A stretch of DNA of 63,989 nucleotides, counting the filler, from Guillardia theta CCMP2712 (lineage: Eukaryota; Protista; Cryptophyta): the NCBI RefSeq assembly GCF_000315625.1. It is 6 parts of 6 records of this genome, joined end to end, with 100 filler letters (N's around TTAATTAATTAA, not from the genome) between each part and the next. Parts side by side here need not be neighbours in the genome. Positions count along the whole stretch, not along the records: positions 1 to 27,425 come from NW_005434497.1; positions 27,526 to 47,572 come from NW_005434342.1; 4 more parts are not named here. One strand, written 5' to 3'. Positions 23,550 through 37,379 of the stretch are shown piece after piece. The translations under genes were made by a program, and so were the position numbers. How positions within the stretch are numbered: position 1 is the first letter of the stretch; each line of letters starts with the position of its first letter. The notes under the pieces are model-generated. The model was not told where the DNA came from and did not search any database. It saw only the letters and a list, made by a program, of their open reading frames with translations.

Positions 23550-24710
23550 GCAGAAAAAAGTTCTGAACGTGAATGCTTGATCCTCGCGATATATTCATGC
23601 CCATTGTGAAGGGCGACGTCTTGGTCAACATCAAGTGGAATGTATGCATTGAACGACATTACGTAGCTTCACTCTCCTTTCCAAATGGAAGTTGAGAGTT
23701 GTAGAGAAGCCAAAATCTTGAATCCTACAATCAGGCGCTAGTTAAAGCACTTCGAAGGTGTTAAGTATCGAGTGAAGATTAAATGAAATCCTTCAAAAGC
23801 ATATCATTGTGATTTATCCATCTGAGTTATTTGGAAGCGTGTTTCAAGGTGATACACCACAAACGCCCATAAAAAGCCTCAATTTCTTGTGCATTCAAGC
23901 AATCAGAAATAACATGGTTCGCAACAGGCAGGCTTAGTCTTGTTCAGAGGTGAACGTACCAGTCAAATCTTGTATGACAAACAACGAGCTAGCACTGATC
24001 AGGCACCGCAAGTCAAACACATTAAGTGCGATGCTTTCTCCTCACCTAGAAAGCGAGGAGAAGAGAGTGAGTGAGTGAGGAAGGGAGGGAGGGAGGGAGG
24101 AAGGGAGGAGGGAGAGAGGGAAGGGAGGGAGGGGAGGGGANNNNNNNNNNNNNNNNNNNNNNNNNNNNNNNNNNNNNNNNNNNNNNNNNNNNNNNNNNNN
24201 NNNNNNNNNNNNNNNNNNNNNNNNNNNNNNNNNNNNNNNNNNNNNNNNNNNNNNNNNNNNNNNNNNNNNNNNNNNNNNNNNNNNNNNNNNNNNNNNNNNN
24301 NNNNNNNNNNNNNNNNNNNNNNNTGTTCAGGAAGGTGTACAGGTCGCGCTGCTCGAGATGCTGGAGCTGGAGATCTACCTGAGCTCTGTTCTCCTCCTGA
24401 GTCCTGCTGAGCTTTGATGGAGGGGGGGAGGTAGTAACTAGACTAGAGAGAGTGTAGTGTAGAGCTTCCTTTCTGAAAAATTTGACTAGCCGTTTCAAAG
24501 TACCCCACCCCCGTGATGTAGCTTCATGACCCACCCTGTTACCCCGACTTTGAACCCTGCCCTCAAAACAACTTTCGTGGTCTCATCAACTTCTCTTGCA
24601 CCCCCACCCCTCTCGGAGGTTTCGAGTACCCACCTTTACTCCCCTTTCCACCCCACCATTCATAATGGCATACCCCTACCCCACGGGGTGCGAAATCGGT
24701 CTGAGCCCTC

Positions 24711-27700
24711 ATGGCAGATGCACCGGGGGAATCTCGGCATGGGGCGATGGATATGGTGGAAGTTGGGAAGAGCAGGGAGGAGGAGAGGGAGGAAGGGCAA
24801 GGGAGGTACCTGAGGAGTGACAGCCCAGGGGACAAGTCGAAGACCTTCTACTTCGTGTCCGACCCTTTCAACCACGAGCTGAGATGGTATGCGGACAGAG
24901 GAAAATGGCAGGAGAATCTGGATCCAGTAGGAAGTCTTGACTTGACAGACTGTCGGGTGAGCGATCACGGGCACTGTGTTGAAGGATACTGCCTCCACTT
25001 GTCGAGCCATGATGGCAGGAGCATCAGGCTTTTCACGGGGGACGGTGAGAACGGGCGAGCATGGTTCCTAGCGCTTAATCATGCCGTGCGCAAGACGCGA
25101 GCGCAGGCCCCAGCGCAGCCTGCGGCAGAGACTCTACGTACGCAATGGAAGGTGCTGAAGCGCATGAAAGGAGGCATCCATGAGACTCGCATCCTCGTCT
25201 TGGACTTCGACCTTAGCCAGCTGTACAACATGTCGGAGGACGGAGTCGTCAAGAAGAAGTTCAGGTTTTCCGCCATCTCCAGGCTCACGCAGGATCCTGT
25301 CTCGAGTGTTGTGACGGTTCACTTCAACATCAGGAGGCAGAGGCCTTACCAGCTGAAGTTCGAGAATGCAAGCGATAGGAACAACTTCGTTCAGTCTATG
25401 CTGAAATTTGTCATCAAACCTTCCCACATCTCGGAGGTTGAATCCAACAGTATACATGAGCTCCTCTCCGTCGAAGAGAACGATGCTCTAATCTTTCAGC
25501 GATGGAAGAATAACATCTGCAAGGTATACCTGTCCCTGTCCTCTCCTCTCCTCTCCTCCCCTGTCCTCTCCTCTTCTCGCCTCTGCTCTGCTCTGCTCTG
25601 CTCTCCACTCCCTTTTCTGACGGCTCTCCCAGGACCCTGAGATGGTCCAGCGTCGCGATCCTCGTCTAACGACCAAGATCAAGCTTCTCCTCAACAGAAT
25701 CATCTACATCCCTAGGAACCCGGCTGAGCCCGTGATAGACGCCGAAGAAGGAGGGAACGTCATTCATCCTAGATCACCTGCCGCAATCGCTCTGGCCGCG
25801 CTCTCGGGCGTGTGCTTGCTGTACACTGTTGCGACCGCTCCCTACATCCTTGCTTTCTACTGGGACAAAGGAGCATGCACATCAAGCAATCTAGATGTGT
25901 CGGACATGTTTGTAAGACGATGGAGGGATGGGGTGAAAGATGCTGAGTGCGACTTGCAGGTCGACACGGTCTTCATGCTGGAGATTGTGATGGTGATGAG
26001 TTTGACTCTGTGCAGGAGTGTGTTCAGCTGATATGAGTGCTTGCAGTCTTTCTGCATTGGAAGATACGTGCATGGCAAATACCTATCAAAGTATGTCTGA
26101 CTTGACTTTGTGAATGATGATGTATCGAGTCGATGTTCTGTGCGTGATGACGATGGTGACATGTCATGATGATCAAGCAGATAACCTAGAAAGACGGCAG
26201 AACGAGGTTGACGAGGAAGAGGAAGATGAGGAATGATAGAGATAGAGACAGAGATAGAGATAGAGATAGAGATAGAGATAGAGATAGAGATAGAGATGAA
26301 GGATTTGATGCTAGCGATCGTGATGATAGGCTTGTTGTTTTCAAGTTGTTGATGTAGTATACAATCACAACAATGCTTGTCCGTCCTCAGTTTGATCGTC
26401 TTGATGTGATCAACCTGACCAAGACTCAGGTTTGGACTCGTCGCTCGGGACTACATCTACTCTGGCCAGCTGCTCTTTGACTGCATCACCTCCATCCCCG
26501 TCGCCTGGATCGAATACTCTCAGAGGATTCTGTGCTCAGAGGACAAGACAGGGGACGGACGTTCCGTCGTTAGCCTCCTCCGCGTCGTCCGTATCATCAA
26601 GCCGCTCCGCCTGCTCCGCCTGCTCAGAATGCTGAAGCTCTTCAATCACAGGCTGTTCAAGGCTGTGAAGGACTCGATGAGGATCAAACCTGACGCTGTG
26701 CGCGTGATCAACCTCGTGTTCATGGTCATGACGTCCTCGCACCTGTCCGCCTGCGTCTTCTGGCTAGTCAAGATCCTGTCGAACCCCGGGGAGGACGTCA
26801 ACCGCTTCCTGGAGATGAACAACCACCACGACCCCTGGTTCTGCGACTCTCCTGACCAGGTAGGGGACCTGAGCTGCAAGAGGGGGAACGTCTTCAGCGT
26901 CTACATCATGTGCATCTACTTTGCTATGACGACCATCACGACGGTGGGCTATGGCGACATCGCTGGGTCCACCACGGAGGAGCGGATAGTCTGCATGTGC
27001 ATACAGTGCTTCGGGTACGTGTGAAGGAAGGGAGGGAGGAGGGTGAGAGATGGAGGGAGGAAGAGGGAGGAGGGTGGAAGAGGGAGGAGGAAGGAGGGAG
27101 GTAGAAGGAGGGAGGTAGTTGTAGAGAGCGGATTGAGTGAAGGAGAGAAGGGGGTAGACGAGGGGAAGCGATGGAGAAAGGAGGAGAGGAGGAAGATTGG
27201 GAAAGGAAGGAGAGGAGAGGATTCTTCCTTCGAATTGTCTTACCCTGTTGCAGCTCCGTCATCTTCGCCACCATCATGTCGCAGATCTCAACGGTAGGAT
27301 ACGAATCATGTGATGCCGCAGGGTGTGACTGACCTTTCTCTCCTCCTCCTCCTCCCTACCTCCCACCCTCTCTCTCCCTTCTTCCTCTCTCTCCCGTCTC
27401 CTCTCTCTCTCTCCTCCTCCTCCTCNNNNNNNNNNNNNNNNNNNNNNNNNNNNNNNNNNNNNNNNNNNNTTAATTAATTAANNNNNNNNNNNNNNNNNNN
27501 NNNNNNNNNNNNNNNNNNNNNNNNNACCGACGAGGACAAGGTGAGGAGGGAGGAGAGGCGACGGGCTCGTGCCTGAGGGAGTGAGTGATGGCTGCAGGGT
27601 CCTCGCTGCTCTTGCACTCAATCGCCTTCCTTCGACGTCTTCTCCCCGAGCGAGATCACCTACTTCGATCAGGCCAGGAAGACCAAGACAACCTTGCGTA

Positions 27701-30203
27701 ACAAGCATCAGGTTGCCCACGTCTAGTCGCTTGTTGACTAGTTGGCAATAAACTTGAAGTAATTCAACAACCAGATGCTCTCCAAGTCAAACAAACATGT
27801 CAGGATCGCGACAGCCGACAGCATCAACAGCTACCTGCAGGACCTGCTGCTGGCCAACCAGAAGCAGGTGAGGCGAAGGCGTCAAGAGGGACGAGGACTG
27901 AAGTGAGCTTGACAGGGGAAGAACGTGGCGAAGCTGAGCACGACGATCAAGAAGCTGCAGGTAGAGGGGGAGGAGGAAGAAGGGGAGGGAGAGGGAAGGG
28001 AAGGAGGAAGAAAGAAGGGGAGGGAGAGGGAGAGTGCGTGGAGGGGCTGGGATGGTGCAGGACCGCGTGACGAGGGACCCGCNNNNNNNNNNNNNNNNNN
28101 NNNNNNNNNNNNNNNNNNNNNNNNNNNNNNNNNNNNNNNNNNNNNNNNNNNNNNNNNNNNNNNNNNNNNNNNNNNNNNNNNNNNNNNNNNNNNNNNNNNN
28201 NNNNNNNNNNNNNNNNNNNNNNNNNNNNNNNNNNNNNNNNNNNNNNNNNNNNNNNNNNNNNNNNNNNNNNNNNNNNNNNNNNNNNNNNNNNNNNNNNNNN
28301 NNNNNNNNNNNNNNNNNNNNNNNNNNNNNNNNNNNNNNNNNNNNNNNNNNNNNNNNNNNNNNNNNNNNNNNNNNNNNNNNNNNNNNNNNCATGATCGCGG
28401 TTGATGGTATGCAAACCTCTAAGAAGCATGGACGCGAGCGCGAGCTCGATGACACCAACACCCTGCACTGACGCACGCGAGAGGAGGGGGAGGGAGGGGG
28501 AGGACGGGGAGGAGGGGCGGAGGGACTTGACACGGGGTGTGGGCAGGGAGTGCTGACGGAGATTGATCGTGTGGAGATCCCGGAGCTGGACGAGGAGGAG
28601 GTAAGGGGAGGATGAGATCGAAGGAAAGGAGTGCAATTTGATTTGGGTGATGTGGCGGAGCTGGTAGAGGGGAAGGTGGAGGAGACGTCGTTGATCAAGG
28701 TGGCGGTTTTTGAAAGAGTGTGTGATGGGGAAGGGTAGAGAACTGGAGGAGGAAGAGAGGTTTAGGTTGTTGTTGGGTTGTTGTGAGAGTGGTCTCCTTG
28801 ATATGGGTTCATGTTGTAATTTCTGCTCAGAAATCTGTTCCGATGCAGCTGAAGCTTCAAAGATCGAGCAAGGTTGGTTGAGTGGAGGAGGGGAAGGAGG
28901 AGGAGGAGGAGGAGGAGGAGGAGGAGGATGAGGAGGGTGCGGTGGTTCACTTGCGCTCAGGTCCTCCCGTCCCAGCAGTCCATCCGTCTCTCCGTTTCTT
29001 CTCTCCTGCAGCATGTCAAATCTCCTGCCAAGGTCGCTAGACGCCTTCATTTAGCTGGATGGCCTGACGCCGCCCGTAGGTGTCTCACTCGCGCCGCATA
29101 GCGTCTGAGCTGCTCGCCATCGTGGACGCGCATCCTGAGGCGAGGGATCTGATCGCCGAGAAGCTCTCGAGCTACCAGCAGAGGCTCCAGCTCAGGGCCC
29201 AGCAGAAGCTCACGGACGCGGACAGCACTCACTTCCCCCCGACGCGGACGATCTCGACAACTTCTTGCAGAGTGTCATCGACGAGGTGAGATCAGGCGAG
29301 TCCCTCGCCCCCTCTGACCCGCTTGCTCCAGCTGGACCGTCAGCAGGTCCCCCAGCTGGACACAGGGGATGCGGACAAGAAGGAGGGGAAGAAGGAGCGG
29401 AAGGAGATGCTGCTGCCCATCGAATTCTCCGACCGCTTCAACCAGGCCCGCGCCAGGTCGCACGGGGAGTTTGTGGACAAGAACGAGTGGGAGAAGCATC
29501 CGTTCGATGACGTCGGCAACGACCGAGTCTCCAACAAGGACGAAGATCGCATGGCCTCCTCCTCCTCCTCCCTCGTCCATGGCGAGTCAAAAGTCCGAGA
29601 GGACGGGCACATCAACGACCCCTATGGCTTCCAAGGAAGCGCCCACGCTGAGGTTTGCGCCTGGTGCTTGAGCTGGAGATCAGCTGACTTTCTCTCAGAT
29701 TCCTGTCTCTTCTGCCAACTCTCCTGACACCAAGAACGGAGGCCTCCCTGACGGGTACGATGCAGCCCCACCTCCATCTCCACCTCCCTCCTCCTCCCTC
29801 CTTTCCCTTCCCCTTCCCTGCTCGTGTTCTCCGTCTCTTCCAGCTCCTTTCTTCCTTTCTGTATCCTTATCCTCTCCTCCTCGTCTACCCAACTCTTGTC
29901 TCCTCACTCAGCCCATCTACCTCCTTCCCCACTTTTCCCTCATCCTCTCTCAGATTTCACCTCGGAGTGGGAGCGGCGACGAGCGGCAGCCTCGACAAGG
30001 GCTCGAAGCTCTGCGGCCTGGTCAACTGCTACAGCCGCGAGGCGATTCCTCTCCCTCCCGCCGCCATCGCGCGAAGAGAATCTCTCCGACAGACCGTCTC
30101 GTCCCAGCAGGCAGCCGAGCTCAAGAGAGCTCAAGTGAACAGTCAGGCAGCCCGTAAGGGTTCAGCTGGGGCCAAGGCGTGGGGCCTCCCACTCCCCTTG
30201 TAG
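24711..30203 (+). CDS. Voltage-sensor K+ channel of the CNBD (KCNH/HCN/AKT-like) type with two N-terminal PH-like domains; multi-exon, gapped, 3' end uncertain
   Basis: PH motif LRWY...PVGSLDL...RAWFLALNHA; S4 LLRVVRIIKPLRLLRLLRMLKLF; SHLSACVFW; pore IYFAMTTITTVGYGDI; S6 VIFATIMSQI; C-linker-like exons follow. The CNBD itself is only partly visible because of gaps. Confidence 0.85.
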
Positions 30204-30321
30204 AACTTAACGAGATCTCCTTTGTTACAGAGTAAATGCGTTTGATCCTCCTCAATTTTCTCCTCCTCCTCCTCCTCCTGTCTCTGCCCACCCTGCCTCA
30301 TATTTTACACCTGATCGCTTC

Positions 30322-33216
30322 CTACTCATGCTTGGTATCTTCGTTTCCGCTCTCCCACTCCACGGCTTCAAGAGCTTCTTCAAGAGCATCCATTCCCCCT
30401 TCTCCAGCCTGTTCAAATCTCAGCCAGTCTCCTCCTCGTGTTGTCCCTCTCACCTGCCACATCGCGTGCTGTACGGCCTCAAGGAAGTTCTGTTGGCGAC
30501 CTAAAACATCCTTGTCACTAGCCATCCCGCTTTCCCTCCCTCACGCTCTCCTCTTGCCCCTCCCCTCCCTCTCTCCTCCTTCTCCTCTCCTTCCTCCCTC
30601 TCCCNNNNNNNNNNNNNNNNNNNNNNNNNNNNNNNNNNNNNNNNNNNNNNNNNNNNNNNNNNNNNNNNNNNNNNNNNNNNNNNNNNNNNNNNNNNNNNNN
30701 NNNNNNNNNNNNNNNNNNNNNNNNNNNNNNNNNNNNNNNNNNNNNNNNNNNNNNNNNNNNNNNNNNNNNNNNNNNNNNNNNNNNNNNNNNNNNNNNNNNN
30801 NNNNNNNNNNNNNNNNNNNNNNNNNNNNNNNNNNNNNNNNNNNNNNNNNNNNNNNNNNNNNNNNNNNNNNNNNNNNNNNNNNNNNNNNNNNNNNNNNNNN
30901 NNNNNNNNNNNNNNNNNNNNNNNNNNNNNNNNNNNNNNNNNNNNNNNNNNNNNNNNNNNNNNNNNNNNNNNNNNNNNNNNNNNNNNNNNNNNNNNNNNNN
31001 NNNNNNNNNNNNNNNNNNNNNNNNNNNNNNNNNNNNNNNNNNNNNNNNNNNNNNNNNNNNNNNNNNNNNNNNNNNNNNNNNNNNNNNNNNNNNNNNNNNN
31101 NNNNNNNNNNNNNNNNNNNNNNNNNNNNNNNNNNNNNNNNNNNNNNNNNNNNNNNNNNNNNNNNNNNNNNNNNNNNNNNNNNNNNNNNNNNNNNNNNNNN
31201 NNNNNNNNNNNNNNNNNNNNNNNNNNNNNNNNNNNNNNNNNNNNNNNNNNNNNNNNNNNNNNNNNNNNNNNNNNNNNNNNNNNNNNNNNNNNNNNNNNNN
31301 NNNNNNNNNNNNNNNNNNNNNNNNNNNNNNNNNNNNNNNNNNNNNNNNNNNNNNNNNNNNNNNNNNNNNNNNNNNNNNNNNNNNNNNNNNNNNNNNNNNN
31401 NNNNNNNNNNNNNNNNNNNNNNNNNNNNNNNNNNNNNNNNNNNNNNNNNNNNNNNNNNNNNNNNNNNNNNNNNNNNNNNNNNNNNNNNNNNNNNNNNNNN
31501 NNNNNNNNNNNNNNNNNNNNNNNNNNNNNNNNNNNNNNNNNNNNNNNNNNNNNNNNNNNNNNNNNNNNNNNNNNNNGAGGGGGGGTGGGGAGGAGAGGGG
31601 GAGGAAGGGGGCAGAGGGGGGCCGAAACTTCCAGAGGAAGAGTCTTCCTCCCTCTATGCATGAGTAGAGGAGAACGACCTCCCTCCTCACCTTGAGTGCG
31701 ATGAACTTCTCCGGGATGATGACGTGCATGTCTGCCACCGCCTGACGGAACATAAGGAGGAGGCAAAAACGCAGACGCGTCAGGCACCGGATGGTCGAAG
31801 TACTCGTACACCGAGAGGTCAAACTGCTCGATCTGTACAAAGAGAGTAAGCGGTGCGGCAAGGAAGGAAGAAAGCTTCAGAACGAAGGGAAAGGGAAGGC
31901 GGGAGAGAACAGGCAGGAGAGAAAAGGGATAGAAAGATAGGACAGAAGTTAGGAGTTGATCGTGGTTTTAGGAGGGACAGTGGAGGAGCAACTCAAGACT
32001 GATAGGTCTAGTACCTCTATCAATCTTTCGTTCTTCGCTTTCTCAACTCCCTGCCGCAAACCATAAGCCCACCTACCTCCACAGCTACCTGCCTCGCAGA
32101 CCTGTAGGACATCTACCACATCCAGCTAAAAGACTTTGGTCAGCCGGAATATGTCTTCGAGCTGAGAGAGTATCTCACCTTCCATGATTCCTTCTCGAAT
32201 GAAGCGTCTTGATACTGCTCGAGATAAATGATAAACTCAACACGATGAAGGATAAAAAAACAGGTAGAAAGGGAAGGGAGGGAAAGCAGGGAGCAAGGGA
32301 GAAAACAAAGGAAGTTGCTAACCTGAAGAAAAGGGTTCGAATCCTCAAAATCAAAAGGCAACCAGGCTTCCTGCATGAAGAGGTCAACGAGGGTGAATGG
32401 AAGGAGTAACGAGATAGGAGTAGGAGAAGCAGCAGTAACACAGCAACAGACGGGAATGACGCGGAGAATCTATAGACCTCTGCTGTATAGTTCTCCACAA
32501 GGATAAGGTAGCAGCCAAGTAATGTGACAGCATTGGTCCTAAGCCGCATATCCGCGCTGAAATCTAAGTGAGCAAATGACAAGAAAAGACGAGCAAGGAT
32601 GAGCAGGATGGGCGAATGGGATGCAACAGCACTGGGAAGCAACAGAACAAAAGAAGATGAGGTAGATTCTGCGACGTGCAAGTCCGAAATCTTGCCTGCA
32701 GAAATAAACAACTTTCATGTCCCTTGACAAACTCTCATCCAGCTTTGACCTGAGCAACAATCAGCAACAAGCGTGAAAACCAACTTCAACCCACTCAAGC
32801 AGTCGAGCAAACTTGTAGATACAAGCGATGTTCAACGGGCCGAAGTCCTGACATCTCTGTCAGCATGAATGGCGTCTCAGGCACCTGCTGCTCACAGCAC
32901 AGAAAGGATAGTAGAGCAGGAGATTGTCCGTCGAAAAGAAAGTCCTGGGAACCAGTAAGGTCACTTTATTGCAATGGGTCGCCCCCTCGTCTCCTCACCG
33001 GTCAGGTTTGACTCCCCTCTCTCTCGATCTCTGTGGTCCTGGTCAACCAAGAAGAGCATGCAACACATGCCGACACCTGCAGCAGCTCCTCCAACTTCGA
33101 TTCATCTCTCAGAGACATGAAGTAGAGTTGGCCTTCCTTCCAAGTCAGTGACGCCCCGCCAGTTGGTCACCAGAGCTAGCATCACCTTCCAGCACAGGAT
33201 ACTGCTTCCCCAGCAT
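30322..33216 (-). CDS. CDC14: Cdc14-family dual-specificity phosphatase; the catalytic region probably lies in the N gap
   Basis: QLYFMSL, FFSTDNLLLYYPFC-DFGPLNIACIYKF, RTNAVTLLGCYLIL, YQDAS, FDLSVYEYFDHP, DMHVIIPEKFIAL and a C-terminal QQNFL. Confidence 0.8.
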
Positions 33217-33309
33217 CCACTTCTTCGGACGAGAGACTAGTGGCAGCGCGTCCGATTGTGTTGGCAACCCTCCATCAGTTGGCACGACCGACTACAGGCC
33301 GTCCGATCA

Positions 33310-34350
33310 GTCAACAGCAAGGAGCTGAGTAGAATCCCCACATGGTTTGCATACACGCTCGAATGAATCGTCAAGTCTTCTGTTTGCCTGGAGCATCAAG
33401 CATCAGCCTAGTGGATGAATATTTGAACCTCTCCACACACCTTTTCAACAGGTTCTCTCGCTCCCTGATGGCATCTTGGCATGGCAATCAGCAACAAGTC
33501 TCCACAAGGGATAGAGTACCAGCGTTCAACTTGAACTTGCCAAACTTCTTCCTAAAAGGCGAATCGAAATCCTCCGATCCCTTTCTTTCCGAGCTATATC
33601 ATACCCGTCATCTTCGCCAACAAACCAGCCCAGCTGGCTGCTGGCTTACCTCTCGTTCGAACCAACCATTTCACCGTCACCGGCATGGTGCGACTGGAGG
33701 GAGAGGAACGGTCATGAGCTACGGCAGGACACGATTTCACGTCACCTCTCCATCAGCATGCTGGCCCATGTCCATCCTAACCAAGACAAAAAGCGACAAA
33801 GGTACCAACTACAAACAATTCGAAAAGCAAGGGGTGTACTAAAAAGATCTGCCGATGTGCCCTCTCCACGGCATGTTACATGCTTATCATAGACTTCTCC
33901 TCATTCCCATAGATCCACAAGTCTGTGACGATAACAAGAAACGGAAATGTCAGAATTTTGTTGCAAACACGACCAAAAATAATAAGGAGATTTCAGAACA
34001 AAATCCATCGAGCGGAGTTTCATCACTATGCACCAACACCCAGAAGCATTGATATGATAACTCTGTATATCCTTCTCAACAAAAAATCTAGTTGCTGTTG
34101 TAATTTTGCAGCTGTTCGAGTGCTGTTTTTACATCACCACTCACCCATTTCGTACTACCTGCTACCAGCGCGGTCTCTGGAAGATGCCCATTGCAACCAT
34201 GAAATCTACACCATTCATCCAAGAAGACAGTCTGCTTCTTGTTGACATGAGGTCCATCTTCTTCTCTTCATCTCTTCTACTTGCATGATCCTCATCCTGA
34301 ATGCTCTTCCTCGTCCTCGCCTTCCATTCTCCCAATGAACATGCTGCGAT
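33310..34350 (-). CDS. Possible short multi-exon hypothetical gene
   Basis: Coding-like minus-strand fragments such as AIRERENLLKRCVERFKYSST with splice-like signals; no motif recognised. Confidence 0.2.
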
Positions 34351-35737
34351 CCTCCATCGACATATCGAACCCCCACCCCCACTCCAGTTTTTTAGTACCC
34401 CTACCCATCAAATCTAAGTAACCACCCTACCTACTTACTTATCAATCAGCTCAGTCCAACAATTGCCCCTTTGACCCCATCCACCACAGACTTTTGAACC
34501 CCCTTTTTCCTTATTGTTTTACCCCACCTCTGAACTCCACGAGAACGCCTTTATGTACCCTCACCCCCTTAAGTCTAAGGCTATGTTCACCCTACCCACC
34601 CGAATCACCCTGGTTCGCTGAAGGGGTTACCTGACCCCACCCACAAGAATTCCTTCAAGTACCCAGTCTGCAACCCAGCTCTAGGTACCCCTGTTGAAGC
34701 CGTGCACTCTATGGTGAAGACGGGGTAGTACATTGGGCTGCTGGGGGGGTAGACCCTTCAAGAATTACTTGTAGGGTTGAAATCCTCTCGTACCGGTACC
34801 ATACAAAGAAAATATCCACAGATAATGGTGGGTAGGGTCCTCCTTCTGGAGATACGCGATGACACAAATTGGTAGGGGTAGGGAAACCATGAGTTCATAA
34901 CCCACCCCACTAAGATTGAATAGTTCAGTATGACTAGAAGGGGTGAAAATGGTGATTGGTAGTACCCTACCTACCCTTGAGCCACACTTTTTGCCCCAGA
35001 GATACCGAGTTGGCTACAAGTATTTATATAGATTTATGGTACTTTAAAAAAGCATGTTTTAGATAATTACAATAGTAAGGTATCAGAATGGTCTACCATA
35101 TAATTTTAGTTGAAGTTACTGTGATATAATTTAAAAGTGTGTTGTTGTCTCCGGTACTCTTTACAAACTTTTATCCTGGCCTCCGACATCATGCGGCTAA
35201 ATACTGAGGCCCACGGTGGTTGTATCACTGCCCGGCTCAGCTAGTAGCCTCCCCGGCGGGCCGGACTCCCGCCGGGAGTCGACAGGTCGACAGCGTCCAT
35301 GGACTCCTGCCGGGTGTCGGACAGCTGGTCACGGGTTGGACAGGCCGAGTCCGTCATCAGGCAGACGGACCGTACGGTCGGACTGAACTTGGAATGGAAT
35401 CAGGGCCGCATCAGTGATCGGATCGGGACCGGCGCCGGTAACTTGCCAACTTGGCAACCGTGACCGTGCCGCAGTGAGGCAGTACTACCGTATGTCACGC
35501 ACACTGGCCACAGGAACGGCCCATCATGGCACTCAGTGCAAGAACCTCAGCGTAGAATTGAGACCGAGTCTTGAAACCCACAGTAAAATTTTAATCATTG
35601 TCGTGTAATCAGGCAAGGACCGCGTATTTCGGTACGAGGTCAATATTAGAATACAGGCACACATTTAAGATTAAATAAGATCTAGAGGTACAGCACAACT
35701 CGTCAAGTTATCATGTGTTAACATTATGTCACAGGCT

Positions 35738-37212
35738 CTAACAGCTGATGGGCTCCATCGCTGCTGCAACATTGCAAAGTGACAACAACGATGCAACGGC
35801 ACACTCAGTCTCTCTCTTGACGTCGCTCTTGGTGTATTCGGTCTCTGGTGCGCGATTCAGGCTGAGAGCGGCGGTTGTCTTCTGAAGGATAGGAGAAAGC
35901 TTTGATCGTTTTTCTGGTGATGACGGCTGGTCTCTTGGGGTACAGACCGTCGGCGAGACAGACCCGTCGCTCTGTCGGTCGTCGTGGGTCTGCAGCTGAA
36001 ACCCGTAGCGAAGCTTCGAGGACTCCAAGGGACTATCGGCCGTACGCTTGCCAAGGAGTGATCCGATGGAGGGCATTTTTGACTCAGTGTCGCTTCCAGG
36101 CTCGGCCTTGCCGTCATCCTGACCAACGCCGGCATAGTCCGATGGGTCAAAGTTTGTGACGGTTCCCTTGCCGCGGTATTCTGAGAGGAGAGTCACTACA
36201 GGCGTAAAGCAAGTTCAGAATCTTACCGATCGCCTTCAAGTCCCACGCCTTTGCAGCTTCCTCTGCTGTCGCAAACGTTCCGAGGTGAATCTTCTGCCCA
36301 TTAACAACGATTCTAGCCTTCCAACGTCCATACGTCCCACTGGTAACGTAGAAGTCAGCTTCGAACAGTCTTGCCTCAACAAGATATAACCTGTGGTAAA
36401 CCCCGCGAAATGTCTTGTGCCCAGTTCCCGAGCCATCCTCATTCTTTCCCGCATTCGCGCTAGCGGTAACGTCCGGCTGGCATACAGTTAGAACTTGTGC
36501 GAACAAGCATCTAAGGCGGGTCTACCTTGAGAGATCCATCCGGATTGAGGTAGTCTGACAAACTAAAGTTCGTCACGGCGGCTTTGCCACGCTCTTGTAC
36601 AGCAGCTCTGTCCCAGGCCTTTGCAGCTTCTTCAGCAGTAGCGAACGTTCCCAAATGGACAGTTCGGCCACGAGTGCTGAGTTGAGCCCTCCATCGGCCA
36701 TTAAGTCCAGAACGCGACACGCCAGTATACACAGGAGCTTCCTCAGTGTGTACATTACTCTTATCCTGCGTCTTGTCGTGGTTGTGGTTGGTGCTGAGCG
36801 AAGAGGGTTTGGAGGGCGAGAAGCTCATGCGATGATCCTGTGACAGAGAGTTGTTGAAGGCGAACCGAACTTGAGGAGTTGTTGGAGTGGAGCTGGGAGG
36901 GCTTGAATCCGAGGAGCCCGATGGAGGAGGAGTGCGAAGCTCCGAGTTCTGAGCATGGGTCGCAGTATAGATGCTATTGTTTGAGGTGTTGCGAGCCTGA
37001 TTGCTCTTGGAAGCAGCGGAGAAATTCTCATTGGACCATGACATGCCTAGTAGAGTATTGAGAGGAGACGTCTGAATGGGCGCCAGTATTTGCTTCTGAA
37101 GACTCTTGGGCACTGGGAGTGACGCCAAATTCTGGATACCATGGCAAGAATTTGCAAGGCATGCAGGGGTTTGAATGGACGACAGCGACGGGAGGATTGG
37201 AGGATTCTGCAT
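35738..37212 (-). CDS. Transcription factor with two AP2/ERF DNA-binding domains
   Basis: YTGVSRSGLNGRWRAQLSTRGRTVHLGTFATAEEAAKAWDRAAVQERGKAAVTNF and FRGVYH..GRWKARIVVNGQKIHLGTFATAEEAAKAWDLKAI-EYRGKGTVTNF, with three short introns. Confidence 0.92.
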
Positions 37213-37379
37213 CTTGCGCGTGTTGGGAGAACTACTGTCAAGAAGGTACAGGAGAGGAGGGGGGGGGGCTAACTTTCAGAGTCGATGGTGGAGCAGGGAG
37301 GGAGGAGATTGGTGAAGGCAGGAGGGACGGAGGAGTCAGGATTGACGAGGGGGAAGGAAGGAGGAAAGGGGAACGGGTG

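Noticed and set aside
23560-24400. Possible minus-strand gene spanning the gap
   Set aside because: One short exon-like segment only; insufficient support.
27470-27481. TTAATTAATTAA inside N runs (also near 47617, 51728, 59776 and 62612)
   Set aside because: Assembly gap filler with stops in all frames; not biological.
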